Part shown: positions 45,216 through 55,570 of the stretch, one piece after another
How the letters are laid out: the number at the start of each line of letters is the position of its first letter
How positions within the stretch are numbered: position 1 is the first letter of the stretch
Assembly: GCA_963768175.1 (NCBI GenBank)
Contig: CAVYGQ010000001.1
Span: forward strand, 766,305 to 830,304
Direction: 5' to 3'
Origin: Candidatus Doudnabacteria bacterium
GTDB taxonomy: Bacteria; Patescibacteriota; Doudnabacteria; UBA920
Length of the DNA stretch: 64,000 nucleotides
Notes under the pieces: generated by a model
Database searches by the model: none
Seen by the model: the letters and a program-made list of their open reading frames with translations, nothing else
Told to the model about the DNA's origin: nothing
Program-made: the position numbers and the translations under genes

Positions 45216-48200
45216 CTAATGGCTTGCAACCCCGATGACTAAATCACTTTGGCCGGAACCATATTTATTGGTTGCGGCGTAGTTTAAACGATAGGTATAC
45301 CCGGCCTGGCAAGGCTGGATTGCAAACGGACCGCTCACTCCGTTGCTTGAATTCCCTCCCGAAGGAACAGGGCTCCAGTTGTTTTGATTCAAAGAAGGAG
45401 AGTAAAGTGTACCCATTTCAAACGGAAGCATAGCAATCACAGAAGGATCGGTTATATCCAATCCATACTTAACCGCCGGAAGATTACATCCGTCCTGAAA
45501 AACAGGGAGGCCTTTGGAATTAAGGAAGCCGTCGTAATCAAAGTAGTAAGAGGTACCTCCGGTGGAAGTCCACTTGTACCAGATATTGGTCCCGGGTGAA
45601 ACCGCAAGCGTGGAATACCACGGACCGTTTGCCCCGGCAGTGGAAGCCTGCAAGCTCGCTATAGGCGTTGCTTGCGAGGCGGGAACCACTGTCCCCGCGG
45701 GAGCGGCGTAAGCGTCAAAACTCTGCTGAGCCACCACCTGGCCTGAATATGTAAGTCCGCTGTTGGCTACAGATATCATACAATTAGGGACCTTTATCTT
45801 CATTATCATGCCCACGTACTGGTCGGAATAACACGTTTGTATGCCGCTACCTTTATTATAATAATTGTCCAAAATTATACCTGCAGGGAAGAGGACTCCG
45901 TCGCTGCGGCGGATAAAAGCTGTCGCGTCCTGACCCGCAGCTTCGCCAACAAAGTGGTCCAGTTCTAAGGTCGCTGGCGCGCTGCCTGCCTGTGTGGCCA
46001 TGAAATTAACTATTCGCAATGCTTCGTTTCCGCCTTCTTGTGTAGCTGCATACGGATATTGTCCCTGCCAGCCATTAGTCGTTTGGACAACATGGAACCA
46101 GTTCATAAATCCTGATACCGTGCCCGGTCCATATGTGCATTTATTCAGGCTGGGATTTGAGGCTTGGCTTAAGGAACCAATGAAACCGGAATAATAAGGA
46201 TTGAAGGATTCATAAAGATCTTTAGTCGTACCAGCGTAATTGTTAGTTTGAAGCACAATATTAGGCGCGCCGCTTGAGGTGGTCTGCCCACCGCCATTGC
46301 CTTCACAATGACCGGTAGGGTTAGCCGAAGAAGGACTATTCCCGCCGTAAACCGCAAGTTTTAGAGTAACGGTCGTGCCGCCTGTGGTATAGGTTAAGGC
46401 GTAAATATACCCTCCTTGGCAAGCAAGAATCGGGTAAGGCCCAGCATAACCGCTTGCGCCTGAATAGGTAAAGGGCTGTCCGCCAACCGTATAACCGGTA
46501 GTGTTACCGTTCCACGGGGTCCAGGTATTATTCGGTGTATTGCCGCAACCGTCTTTAGTAACGGTCTTACCGTTAATGTCGGTTATTGACGCGAGAGCAA
46601 AGCTGTAGTCAGAATCAGCACCGCCGCTCCAGCTATAAGTTATTTGATCGCCTCCCTTGCCAGTGGCATCACCTGCCTGGACGGAAAGGTTATCACTGTA
46701 GCTGTAGCCATTGGTTGTTTTTGCCGCAAAAGTAACTGTCGGTGTCGGATTAACTGCCGGATTAGTAGCAAGGGAAAAATTGCACGAACTAATATTTGCA
46801 TTGGGGTTAGTGCCTATGTCTGGGGAAGGGGCAGCCGAGGTGCTGGGAACCGTGCAGATAATGGTGTCGTCTACAGGCTTGCCAACAGGGTTTGCGGCAA
46901 GAAAGGTGGAAAGCGGGGCTTGGGTAAGGTCTACTGCTACCGGGGCATTAAGGTTGCCACCTTCGGACTGGTAAAGCGCTGCTCCTGCCGCATTTAAAGC
47001 CAGAGGGTAAGAGGCGTTTCCACTATTTATGCAAAGGCCTGCGTATTTACCCGTGCCAATAACCCAACTTACCTCTGTATTCTTAAGAAGAGGGCTAAAA
47101 GCTTGACTGACCACAGTAGACGCAGATACCGGAGCAAAATAATCATAGTTGGGTGCATCAATAGTACCGGTGGAATTGGGACATACTACAGTACCAGGAT
47201 TTTTATGCGCTGAAAGCGGCGGGCCATAAAAGAAAGTGTATTCGTTGTAGGTCACTTCTGGAATAAAATAAACACCCACATTAGCATTATAATCAGCAGG
47301 AGACTGGGATGTATACAAAGCAAGACTTCCCATGCTTACGGTTCCGTTGGGCCGCATATCATAGCCTTGCCTGCCGCTGAAATTCACTAACATTTGGCTG
47401 GGAACTAAGGTCAAATTAGCCGGTAGCTGGACTCCGGCGGGAATCAGGCTTTGGTAAGAAACCTTACTTACCTTTTGCTGGATAGCGTTCAAAAACGCCA
47501 GCTCATCTTGAGTCATATTAACAGCTCCGCTCGGTGTTAACGGTCTAATGTCTTCATACTCATATGTACTAGGGTTGTATGACTTTAAACTAACAGGAGT
47601 CGGGGTCGCTTGGGCAAGATCCCACCTGGATGACGCCCATTCTCCCGGAATAGGCATAGTCATGGCATCAGTACGATTCAAAGGCAGGCCGTCAAAAAAC
47701 CACGATAAGTAACCGCCGCTGCTATTAAAGTAATATTTCCCATCAGTTCCCTTATAATACAAATAACCATAATGTTCGCATGGTAAATTAGTCTGGGCTT
47801 CAAGCTTTTTTTCATCCGCAGGAAGAGTCCATCCATGGCCTGCGGTGGTATAAGTTGGCGACTGCCTGCTAAAGTACCAGTTTGTGCCGGCAATCTGGAC
47901 TATATCTGTGTCCGAAACATTCGCCAGCGGATCGTTGGTGCAGGTATAAGTTGAAGGAGGGATGGAAGGCGAACCGCCGCTGCCGGAAACAGCAGAAGAA
48001 CTTAGGGTGGTAAAGAACTTTCTTAGCAGTAAGTTACCGCCTTGGGCAGGCTGGGTGTAGAACTCTACGCGGTAGGCGGTAGAGGGAGCCAAGGTAACAA
48101 TCTGGGTACCGGTCTGGCTGGCTGGGTCAACGGTTAGTAAGACCTGGGTCTTGTCGGATTTTAGGGTGACATACAAAGAGCCTTGGGCATTGCGGGTTCT

Positions 48201-48527
48201 CTTCCAGTATATCTGGTAAGTCCACTGGTTGGCGGTGCTGTCGTAGGACAGCGGGGTAACAGTAACCAGTAAGGAAAGGTTGGTGGCAGAGGTAATGGTA
48301 ACGGTGGGGTAAGTAGTAATTCCCAAGACTTGGGGAGAAGAAGCGGCCTGGAGTTCGTCCATGGTTAAGGCTTTGGCCTTTAGGGCGGAGCCGGAAAAAC
48401 CGCTGCCGGAGGCGGTTGCAAATAAAACAAAAGCCAGCGCAATAGCTGAGCTTATTTTGGCATTGAACACCGACGACAAAAACGAAGGCCGTTTCGCCGC
48501 AGAAACACACCTAGTATTCTGATTCAT
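45216..48527 (-). CDS. Exported protein, paralog C: shared N-terminal module + long Thr/Gly/Tyr/Cys-rich beta region
   Basis: Same ALTM.ELQ.ASSPQ.LG...RKFFTT module; internal repeat with DGC...GP..I..CQ.GY.Y.L.Y. Confidence 0.8.
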   Translation of the reverse strand: MNQNTRCVSAAKRPSFLSSVFNAKISSAIALAFVLFATASGSGFSGSALKAKALTMDELQAASSPQVLGITTYPTVTITSATNLSLLVTVTPLSYDSTANQWTYQIYWKRTRNAQGSLYVTLKSDKTQVLLTVDPASQTGTQIVTLAPSTAYRVEFYTQPAQGGNLLLRKFFTTLSSSAVSGSGGSPSIPPSTYTCTNDPLANVSDTDIVQIAGTNWYFSRQSPTYTTAGHGWTLPADEKKLEAQTNLPCEHYGYLYYKGTDGKYYFNSSGGYLSWFFDGLPLNRTDAMTMPIPGEWASSRWDLAQATPTPVSLKSYNPSTYEYEDIRPLTPSGAVNMTQDELAFLNAIQQKVSKVSYQSLIPAGVQLPANLTLVPSQMLVNFSGRQGYDMRPNGTVSMGSLALYTSQSPADYNANVGVYFIPEVTYNEYTFFYGPPLSAHKNPGTVVCPNSTGTIDAPNYDYFAPVSASTVVSQAFSPLLKNTEVSWVIGTGKYAGLCINSGNASYPLALNAAGAALYQSEGGNLNAPVAVDLTQAPLSTFLAANPVGKPVDDTIICTVPSTSAAPSPDIGTNPNANISSCNFSLATNPAVNPTPTVTFAAKTTNGYSYSDNLSVQAGDATGKGGDQITYSWSGGADSDYSFALASITDINGKTVTKDGCGNTPNNTWTPWNGNTTGYTVGGQPFTYSGASGYAGPYPILACQGGYIYALTYTTGGTTVTLKLAVYGGNSPSSANPTGHCEGNGGGQTTSSGAPNIVLQTNNYAGTTKDLYESFNPYYSGFIGSLSQASNPSLNKCTYGPGTVSGFMNWFHVVQTTNGWQGQYPYAATQEGGNEALRIVNFMATQAGSAPATLELDHFVGEAAGQDATAFIRRSDGVLFPAGIILDNYYNKGSGIQTCYSDQYVGMIMKIKVPNCMISVANSGLTYSGQVVAQQSFDAYAAPAGTVVPASQATPIASLQASTAGANGPWYSTLAVSPGTNIWYKWTSTGGTSYYFDYDGFLNSKGLPVFQDGCNLPAVKYGLDITDPSVIAMLPFEMGTLYSPSLNQNNWSPVPSGGNSSNGVSGPFAIQPCQAGYTYRLNYAATNKYGSGQSDLVIGVASH

Positions 48528-48854
48528 ATGTGTTATTTCTTAATGGTAATCCCTTCCCTCCTATTATATATTAAAGAAGAAAAGATGACCATTATTTAAT
48601 TGTTTTTCTTGCCCCGTTAGAAACCTCACAATTATTTTGGAAGTGGTTTCTAAAGAAGTAAGTTTGTCGTTTTTATTTCTTTTATTCACCCTAATTCCTA
48701 ACGGGGTGAGTTTCAAGGAGTCCGCACTAATTTTGATGCAAACTTAAGTTTAAAATTTGTGTAAATATTATAGCATAAAATAAGATTTTCCGCAAGGACG
48801 CAAAAAAATCCGGAGCCTATCCGGATTTTATTTTTTACATCAATCCATTATTCC

Positions 48855-50525
48855 TTACCCCTCCCCGGCCACGCGGAACACCTCTTCAACATCCGTCATT
48901 CCCTGCAAAGCTTTAAGCAGGCCGTCCTGAACCATGGTTATCATACCCTGGCCTACGGCCACTTTTTTAAACTCGGCCATAGAAGAATTTTCTTTTAATA
49001 TTAACGCCTGAATAGCTTCGGTGTTTTCCAAAACTTCATAAATGCCGACGCGGCCGTTGTAGCCTAAAGTGTGGCACTGGGGGCAGCCAGTAGAATGATA
49101 AAAAATCAGCTCCTTAGTCAGTTCCACTTTGGCAACTTTCGGGATTTGTTTTAAAATGTATTGGATTTTCTCCAAAACCGTGGGAGAAAGCTTGGCCGGC
49201 TTTTTACAATTTTGGCACAACCGGCGAACCAGGCGTTGGGCTAATACGACCGAAAGCGCCGGCGCCGCCACAAAAGGTTTTATGCCCATGTTCAGCAAGC
49301 GCGGAATGGCGCCGGCGGCATCATTGGTATGCAGCGTGGAAAAAACCAAGTGGCCCGTTAGCGCCGCCTGCAGCGCCGTCTCTGCGGTTTCCTGGTCGCG
49401 GATTTCGCCGACCATAACAATATCCGGATCCTGCCGTAGAATGGCGCGCAGACCTTTGGCAAAATCAAAATCGTGATTATGGTCAATCGGGGTTTGTACT
49501 ATGCCCTCCAGCTTGTATTCCACGGGGTCTTCCAAAGTAATTATTTTTACCCCAGGCTTATTCAATTCGTTTAAAAACGCATAAAGCGAGGTGGTTTTGC
49601 CGCTGCCAGTAGGGCCGGTGGTTATAACCATGCCATTGGGTTTTTGCAGCTGCCTTTCCACCACTTCCAAAGCTTGGGCGGAAAAACCCAAATCTTTTAA
49701 CTTTAACGTGCTGGCTCCCGTGCCCAAAAGGCGCATAACAATTTCCTCACCGTAGGCGGAAGGCAATACCGACACGCGCACGTCTATGGGTTTTTGCAAA
49801 TAATAAAAAGTAATACGCCCGTCCTGCGGCAGGTCTTCCACGTTGAGTTTCAGTTTGGATAAAATTTTTATTCTGGTAGTAATGGAGCGCTGGAGGTCTT
49901 TGCTTAAATGCAGCATGTCCTGCAGCACACCGTCTACGCGGAACCGCAACTTAAAAAAATGCTCCTCCGGCTCCAAATGGATGTCCGAAGATTTATAAAA
50001 CATGCCGGCGCCAAAAATAATTTCCAAAAGCTGGCTGGCATTTTTTTTCTTTTGCTCTGGCTCCTGTTGCATCAGCTTAAGCATCTCACCATAGTCTTCC
50101 TCCTTTTCCACGCGCAAAACTTCCTCGGTAACCGCTTTAGGGCGCAAAACTTTGCTGTAAAATTTCAGCGTCTGCTCCAGTCCCTTTTTGGAAATAAAAT
50201 ATAACGTGACTTTATTTTTTGCGGACAACTCCTTTATTTTTTCCAAAAGCAGCGGATGTTTGGGCTGTGTGGTACCAATGCGCAAATCGGTTAAATCCTT
50301 ATAAAACGGAACCGCGCACATTTCCCGGGCTTCGGCTTCCGTAAACATGCCCAAAACGCTTAAATCCACGGGAAAATTGTGCAAATCTATGTACGGCAAC
50401 CCTAAAGAACCGGCCTGGGCCTGGGCTTCTTCTTCCTGCATTTTACGGTTTAGCTCATCCAGGCTCCCCTGCAATTCCTGTGGAGTGCTGGATAAAAATT
50501 TATTGGCCATTGTTGGATTGAACAA
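48855..50525 (-). CDS. pilB: GspE/PilB-family type IV pilus / type II secretion ATPase
   Basis: SDIH.EP, RFRVDG.L, GPTGSGKTT, LEDPVE, LRQDPD..MVGEIRD, STLHTN, CxxC...CxxC. Confidence 0.9.
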   Translation of the reverse strand: MFNPTMANKFLSSTPQELQGSLDELNRKMQEEEAQAQAGSLGLPYIDLHNFPVDLSVLGMFTEAEAREMCAVPFYKDLTDLRIGTTQPKHPLLLEKIKELSAKNKVTLYFISKKGLEQTLKFYSKVLRPKAVTEEVLRVEKEEDYGEMLKLMQQEPEQKKKNASQLLEIIFGAGMFYKSSDIHLEPEEHFFKLRFRVDGVLQDMLHLSKDLQRSITTRIKILSKLKLNVEDLPQDGRITFYYLQKPIDVRVSVLPSAYGEEIVMRLLGTGASTLKLKDLGFSAQALEVVERQLQKPNGMVITTGPTGSGKTTSLYAFLNELNKPGVKIITLEDPVEYKLEGIVQTPIDHNHDFDFAKGLRAILRQDPDIVMVGEIRDQETAETALQAALTGHLVFSTLHTNDAAGAIPRLLNMGIKPFVAAPALSVVLAQRLVRRLCQNCKKPAKLSPTVLEKIQYILKQIPKVAKVELTKELIFYHSTGCPQCHTLGYNGRVGIYEVLENTEAIQALILKENSSMAEFKKVAVGQGMITMVQDGLLKALQGMTDVEEVFRVAGEG

Positions 50526-50534
50526 GAATTAAAA

Positions 50535-50565
50535 GATTGACACGATTGACACGATTGACACGATT
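50535..50565. repeat. 9-bp tandem repeat (GATTGACAC)x3
   Basis: Seen directly in the pilB 5' region. Confidence 0.8.
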
Positions 50566-50670
50566 ATACTGCGGTTAATTTTTGTCATTCTTGTCAATAA
50601 TATTATAACATCTGTGCCGGAATAATAAAACTCCCTTTTTTCGGGAGTTTGATAGTAGCTCTAGCGAAAG

Positions 50671-51813
50671 TTATTTTAAAACTTCCAAGAGCCGTGCTTC
50701 CAAACTTTCCAAACTTTCATTTTCAAAATGCTGCTGGATAATTTTATAGTTGCCCAGGTCCTGATCTAAAATTTTTGCCCCCTGGCCTAAGTTTGACACC
50801 AATTTTTCCGCCGGGACTTGTTCATGTACCGCAACTAGCAGGCGGGGCGAATTTCTTGTGGGCTCGGCCAACAAGGCAATAATTTTATAACCGCTAATGT
50901 TGTCCGTAAATTCCGCCAAAACCGGCAAAATCTCGCCCTCTCCGGCCCCGGCTTTTTCAAAGTCCCCGGAATTCAAAACCGAATAAATTATTTTTTCATC
51001 TTCCAAAATTTTCATCCTAGCCAGCGCCCGGCCCCAAAGCTTAAGCAGCGGTAAAGATTTGGTTTTGTAAATATTCTTGATAATTTCCTGCTGGCGGGCG
51101 CCCAAAGCCACCAGTTCACTGGCTTTCAAAAAAGCCCTGGGCGTGGTTTGTACGTGCTGGAAACTGCGAGTGGAAAAAATTATCCCGAGCAACAAACAGG
51201 TAGCAATATCTTGGTCTATTAATTGCTCCTCGTATTTTTGTAAGACCTCCGCCAATATTTCGGCTACCGAACTTACGGTGATATCAACCAAATTTAGCTG
51301 GCCAAAATATTCATTATCCGGGTGGTTATCTATGTTAATTTTCGGCGTTTCAAAAAATAAATCGGTATTGTCCTCATAAAGCTTGCCCAAATCTTCCAGT
51401 GACGCGCTGCCCAAAACAAAAATTAAATCAACCGGGAATCTTTCGGTAGAAAAGCTTAACTCTTGGGGCGTAAACTCTTCACCTTTGGCTTTTAAATAAA
51501 TTTGCGCTTTGACCTCCGTAGTCTGATAACTAATTTCTTCCAATTTTTTTACCGTCGTGTCAACCGTGACCACCAGGCTTTTGCCGGCGCTTACCTGGTT
51601 TTTAAGCTCGTTAGCTCCGGGCAAAAATTTTAAACTTTCCGGCACCTGACCCGAGCTGGCCACCAAAGTGTCCTTTTGCAGCTTATTTAAAAACAGACGC
51701 AGACCCAACGCGCTGGACAAGCTATCCGCCAAAGCGTTTTGGGGCAAGAAAATCAGAATCTTATTGCTTTTCCTGATTTGTTCAAAAATTTGTTGTTCAA
51801 TCGGAAGATCCAT
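50671..51813 (-). CDS. DHH-family phosphoesterase-like protein (degenerate motifs)
   Basis: INIDNHPDN..FG..N.VD, SS.AE, IATCLL.GI...T.SF; motif I and II acidic residues altered. Confidence 0.8.
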   Translation of the reverse strand: MDLPIEQQIFEQIRKSNKILIFLPQNALADSLSSALGLRLFLNKLQKDTLVASSGQVPESLKFLPGANELKNQVSAGKSLVVTVDTTVKKLEEISYQTTEVKAQIYLKAKGEEFTPQELSFSTERFPVDLIFVLGSASLEDLGKLYEDNTDLFFETPKINIDNHPDNEYFGQLNLVDITVSSVAEILAEVLQKYEEQLIDQDIATCLLLGIIFSTRSFQHVQTTPRAFLKASELVALGARQQEIIKNIYKTKSLPLLKLWGRALARMKILEDEKIIYSVLNSGDFEKAGAGEGEILPVLAEFTDNISGYKIIALLAEPTRNSPRLLVAVHEQVPAEKLVSNLGQGAKILDQDLGNYKIIQQHFENESLESLEARLLEVLK

Positions 51814-52045
51814 GGGAATTAACTAATAACTAATAATTGATAACCCATAACCCTACAAGTCAGGTTATAAATTATTAATTATCTATTATTTGTTGATTTT
51901 TTAGTATATTCTTTTTTGCCGAAGACGTCAATGCAGTGTAAAATAAGATAGCGACCCGAATCTACGAATGCCATCCGAATTATCCGAATGGGTCTAATTA
52001 GGATTATTCGGGTATAATTCGTCAAATTCGGGTCGGCCAACCAGT

Positions 52046-52513
52046 ATGGGAAAAAATGTCAAAATTACCCTAAGCCAAATACCGCAAAAAGCCAAAGAAA
52101 TCGCCCAAAAACTAAAAAGCGGGGAAATTTTTGCCCTGGTCGGCCCTTTGGGCAGCGGCAAAACCACTTTTGTCCAAGCTTTGGGTAAGGAGTTAAAAAT
52201 TAAGCAAAAAATTACCAGTCCAACATTCATTCTGCTGCAGGCTTTTCCGTTTAAACTTAACCCCGCTAAAAATCGAACGGCTAAAGGCGCCCGCTGGCGC
52301 GATGCGCGCCTGACTTCTAACGGAATAAAGAACAAAAAAGAAATTTGGCTTTATCACTTGGACTTATACCGCACTAAAAACTTTAACGAAATCAAGGCCT
52401 TGGGGCTTTTGGAAGTCTGGGGCAGGCCGGATACCGTAACGCTAATTGAATGGGCCGACAAAATTAAAAAATATCTGCCGAAAAAAAGTAAAATTATCAG
52501 ATTCAAAAATTAA
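52046..52513 (+). CDS. tsaE: tRNA t6A ATPase TsaE with an in-frame repeat insertion
   Basis: GPLGSGKTTF, SPTF, HLDLYR, IEWAD. Confidence 0.95.
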   Translation: MGKNVKITLSQIPQKAKEIAQKLKSGEIFALVGPLGSGKTTFVQALGKELKIKQKITSPTFILLQAFPFKLNPAKNRTAKGARWRDARLTSNGIKNKKEIWLYHLDLYRTKNFNEIKALGLLEVWGRPDTVTLIEWADKIKKYLPKKSKIIRFKN

Positions 52514-53721
52514 TGAAAAAGGTTTGTTTAACAATTTTTTTACTGCTCACTTTCGCCCCGGCTAAGAACGCTTTTGCCGATGCCTTGAACAACGGTTTTA
52601 CTTTTACTTTTGGCCAGCAGACATTCGCTGTCCCAGCAGAGACCGTTGCTTCCTGGGAAGGCCAACAAATCGTAACACCAAATCCGGCTTTAAACCCGCC
52701 AGCGACTAATTTCCAAAGTTACCTGCTTAATTTTTTGGGCCAACTAGCGCCTGCACAAAATTCCACACTTACCTATAACTACGATTTGGGCGCAATCTAT
52801 AATTACATCCAAACTTTATCAATCCAGATTAATATAAAATCGCAGGAACCGGAACTGGTTATACAAAACAACCGCGCCACCAGTTTTACCCCGCCGCAAA
52901 CCGGCATGGAAGTGGATATTTACCAAAGCTCGCTTAACGCCTCGGCGGCGCTGGCAACGGGAAAAAATTCCAGCGAACTCACGGTATACCAAACCCCGCC
53001 AGAAACTTCTCTGACCCAAACCAATAATCTAGGAATCAACCAGCTTATTGGCGAAGGCGTTTCCAGTTTTGCCGGCAGCCCAAATAACCGCCGCCACAAC
53101 ATTGCCGCGGGCATTGAAAAATTCAAAGGCCTCCTAATTGTTCCTGGCGCGACTTTTAGTTTTGACGACAACTTGGGGGCGGTTACGGCGGAGGCCGGAT
53201 TTTTGCCGGAACTGGTAATTAAAGGCAGTGAAGGCACGATTCCCGAATTAGGCGGCGGACTATGCCAGGTGTCCACTACTACTTTCCGCGCCGCGATGCA
53301 CACCGGCCTGCCGATTACCGAACGCCGCAACCACGCCTACGCCGTGCAGTATTACTCGCCGCAGGGCACGGACGCGACCATCTACCCGGGCTCCGCGGAT
53401 TTAAGATTCATTAACGACACCCCGGGCACTATTTTAATTTGGCCTTACGAAAAAGACAAAAACACTTTGGTATTTGACTTTTACGGGACAGATGATGGCC
53501 GGCAGGTTACTTTAGAAAGGCCCGTGGTCTACGACCGCCAGAGCGACGGCAGTATGAAGGCTACTTGGACCAGGATAGTGGTAAAAGACGGCGAAACCTC
53601 CACCAGTACTTTTAAATCCATTTACCTATCTCCCGCACTATTCCACAAAACCGAAAGCTTTATTTCCGCCACCGGCACACCGATTAGCGGCCTAAAAATG
53701 CCAACCGCAAAAACTCAATAA
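52513..53721 (+). CDS. VanW-family protein with signal peptide
   Basis: R..NI, PG.TFSF, GGGLCQVSTT.FRA, ER.NH, G.DAT, DLRF.NDT. Confidence 0.9.
   Translation: MKKVCLTIFLLLTFAPAKNAFADALNNGFTFTFGQQTFAVPAETVASWEGQQIVTPNPALNPPATNFQSYLLNFLGQLAPAQNSTLTYNYDLGAIYNYIQTLSIQINIKSQEPELVIQNNRATSFTPPQTGMEVDIYQSSLNASAALATGKNSSELTVYQTPPETSLTQTNNLGINQLIGEGVSSFAGSPNNRRHNIAAGIEKFKGLLIVPGATFSFDDNLGAVTAEAGFLPELVIKGSEGTIPELGGGLCQVSTTTFRAAMHTGLPITERRNHAYAVQYYSPQGTDATIYPGSADLRFINDTPGTILIWPYEKDKNTLVFDFYGTDDGRQVTLERPVVYDRQSDGSMKATWTRIVVKDGETSTSTFKSIYLSPALFHKTESFISATGTPISGLKMPTAKTQ
53647..53721 (+). repeat. 75-bp direct repeat, copy 1 (3' end of the VanW-like gene)
   Basis: 64/75 nt identical to 54324-54398. Confidence 0.9.
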
Positions 53722-53759
53722 CCCTAATGTCAAAGGTCTCCTTTGACATTCCTTTACTA

Positions 53760-53787
53760 TTGACATTGTAATACAATATGTTACAAT
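53760..53787 (+). promoter_or_regulatory. TA promoter TTGACA-16-TACAAT overlapped by an ATTGTAA/TTACAAT inverted repeat (putative operator)
   Basis: Seen directly upstream of the RHH antitoxin. Confidence 0.6.
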
Positions 53788-53812
53788 TAAGTATATTATT
53801 AAACTTTAATTT

Positions 53813-54028
53813 ATGCGAGCCATTATAAACATTTCCGTGCCCCAAGAAGTCAAAAAAGAAATGGAAACCGCGGTCAAACAGGGCGGTTTTGCCACCAAAA
53901 GTGAATTTGTGAGGGACTTGATGCGGCTATGGAAACAAGAACAAATACTCAAAGAGTTACGACAGAGCCAACAGGAATTCGCCAGGGGAAAAGGCAAGCT
54001 TTTAAAATCTTTAAAGGACTTAAGATAG
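53813..54028 (+). CDS. Ribbon-helix-helix antitoxin
   Basis: IINISVP...F..KSEFVRDLMR; C-terminal GKGK.LKSLKDL. Confidence 0.82.
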   Translation: MRAIINISVPQEVKKEMETAVKQGGFATKSEFVRDLMRLWKQEQILKELRQSQQEFARGKGKLLKSLKDLR

Positions 54029-54033
54029 CCTTA

Positions 54034-54291
54034 ATGAAGATATTTTACTCGCCAAAATTCAGGCGCCAATACAAAAAACTGCCCCGCGAAATTCAAACAC
54101 TTGCGGAAAAAAGAGAACAAATATTCCGTAAAAACCCTTTCCACCCAACCTTAAAAACCCACAAGCTCCAAGGCAATCTGGAAAAATTTTGGGCGTTTTC
54201 CATAGACTACAAATACCGGATTATCTTTGAATTCATGCCCGACAAAACCGTCCACTTCCATTCCGTCGGCGACCATGATATTTACGATTAA
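54034..54291 (+). CDS. RelE/YafQ-type mRNA interferase toxin
   Basis: YS.KF.R.YKKL, P.LKTHKL.G, FSI.Y.YRIIF, VG.HDIY. Confidence 0.88.
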   Translation: MKIFYSPKFRRQYKKLPREIQTLAEKREQIFRKNPFHPTLKTHKLQGNLEKFWAFSIDYKYRIIFEFMPDKTVHFHSVGDHDIYD

Positions 54292-54323
54292 AAGACATCT
54301 CTTACAAGGGCTGTCTTTTTTAA

Positions 54324-54398
54324 AAAACCGAAAGCTTTATCAGCGCTACCGGCACCCCGATTAGCGGGCTAAAAATGCCGTCCGTTAAAACCCAATAA
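54324..54398 (+). repeat. 75-bp direct repeat, copy 2 (orphan VanW C-terminus)
   Basis: Encodes KTESFISATGTPISGLKMPSVKTQ*. Confidence 0.9.
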
Positions 54399-54527
54399 AT
54401 TAAGATGCAATTAGCTAAGCGGCTGCCAATATAGTAAAATAACAATACCGATACAAATATACGAATTGGACGCGAATAATACGAATTCGTATCATTAGTG
54501 TGGCATTCGTGTATTAGTGTCGCCAAT

Positions 54528-55568
54528 ATGATCACATCTAACCAACAACAAACTGCCCCCCTCTCCGCCCAGCCGGAGGATCGGGAAGAAATAATTATAG
54601 AGCAGACTTTGCGGCCGCAAAGCCTACTTGAGTATGTGGGGCAAACGGGGATAAAAAATAACCTGAAAATTATAATGCAGGCCGCCAAGCAGCGCGGCGA
54701 GGTTTTGGAACATCTTTTATTTTACGGCCCGCCGGGCTTGGGCAAAACCACGCTGGCCTTTATTGTCGCGCGTGAAATGGGCGGCAACATTAAAGTCACT
54801 TCCGGCCCGGCCATCGAACGCGCCGGCGATTTAGCCAGCCTGCTTACCAATTTAAGCGAGGGCGACGTGTTGTTTATAGATGAAATCCACCGCCTGAACA
54901 AAGCCGTGGAAGAAGTCTTGTATCCTGTCATGGAAGACTATGTTTTGGATATAGTTTTAGGCAAAGGCCCGGGCGCGCGCAGCATAAGAATGGATTTGCC
55001 AAAATTTACGCTCATTGGCGCCACCACCAGAATCGGCCTTTTATCTAGCCCCCTGCGCGACCGCTTTGGCGCCACCTACCGTTTGGAGTATTACCCGGAA
55101 GAAGATTTGCAAACCATCATTAGCCGCAACAGCAAAATATTGCAGGCAAAAATTGCCGATGACGCGGCAAAGGAACTTTCCCGGCGCTCGCGCTTTACCC
55201 CGCGCATTGCCAACCGCCTGCTCAAGCGGGTAAGGGATTTTGCCCAAGTCCGCGGCCATGATACAATTAATTTACAAACGGCGAAAGCTGCCTTAGAACT
55301 ATTGGAAATAGACAGCCAAGGGCTGGACAAGAACGACCGCCGGATTTTGGAAACTTTAATCCATAAGTTCTCCGGCAAGCCCGTGGGCCTAAATACCCTG
55401 GCGGCGGCCACGGGCGAAGAAGAAGACACCATAACCGACGTCTATGAACCTTTCTTAATCCGCATGGGAATGATTGCCAAAACTCCAAAGGGCCGCCAAG
55501 CCACGGAAGCGGCATACAGGCATTTGGGGGTAACACCTCCAACTCAAGGGCAACAAACCATCCTTTAA
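54528..55568 (+). CDS. ruvB: Holliday junction DNA helicase RuvB
   Basis: [45 protein letters not shown]. Confidence 0.98.
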   Translation: MITSNQQQTAPLSAQPEDREEIIIEQTLRPQSLLEYVGQTGIKNNLKIIMQAAKQRGEVLEHLLFYGPPGLGKTTLAFIVAREMGGNIKVTSGPAIERAGDLASLLTNLSEGDVLFIDEIHRLNKAVEEVLYPVMEDYVLDIVLGKGPGARSIRMDLPKFTLIGATTRIGLLSSPLRDRFGATYRLEYYPEEDLQTIISRNSKILQAKIADDAAKELSRRSRFTPRIANRLLKRVRDFAQVRGHDTINLQTAKAALELLEIDSQGLDKNDRRILETLIHKFSGKPVGLNTLAAATGEEEDTITDVYEPFLIRMGMIAKTPKGRQATEAAYRHLGVTPPTQGQQTIL

Positions 55569-55570
55569 CA

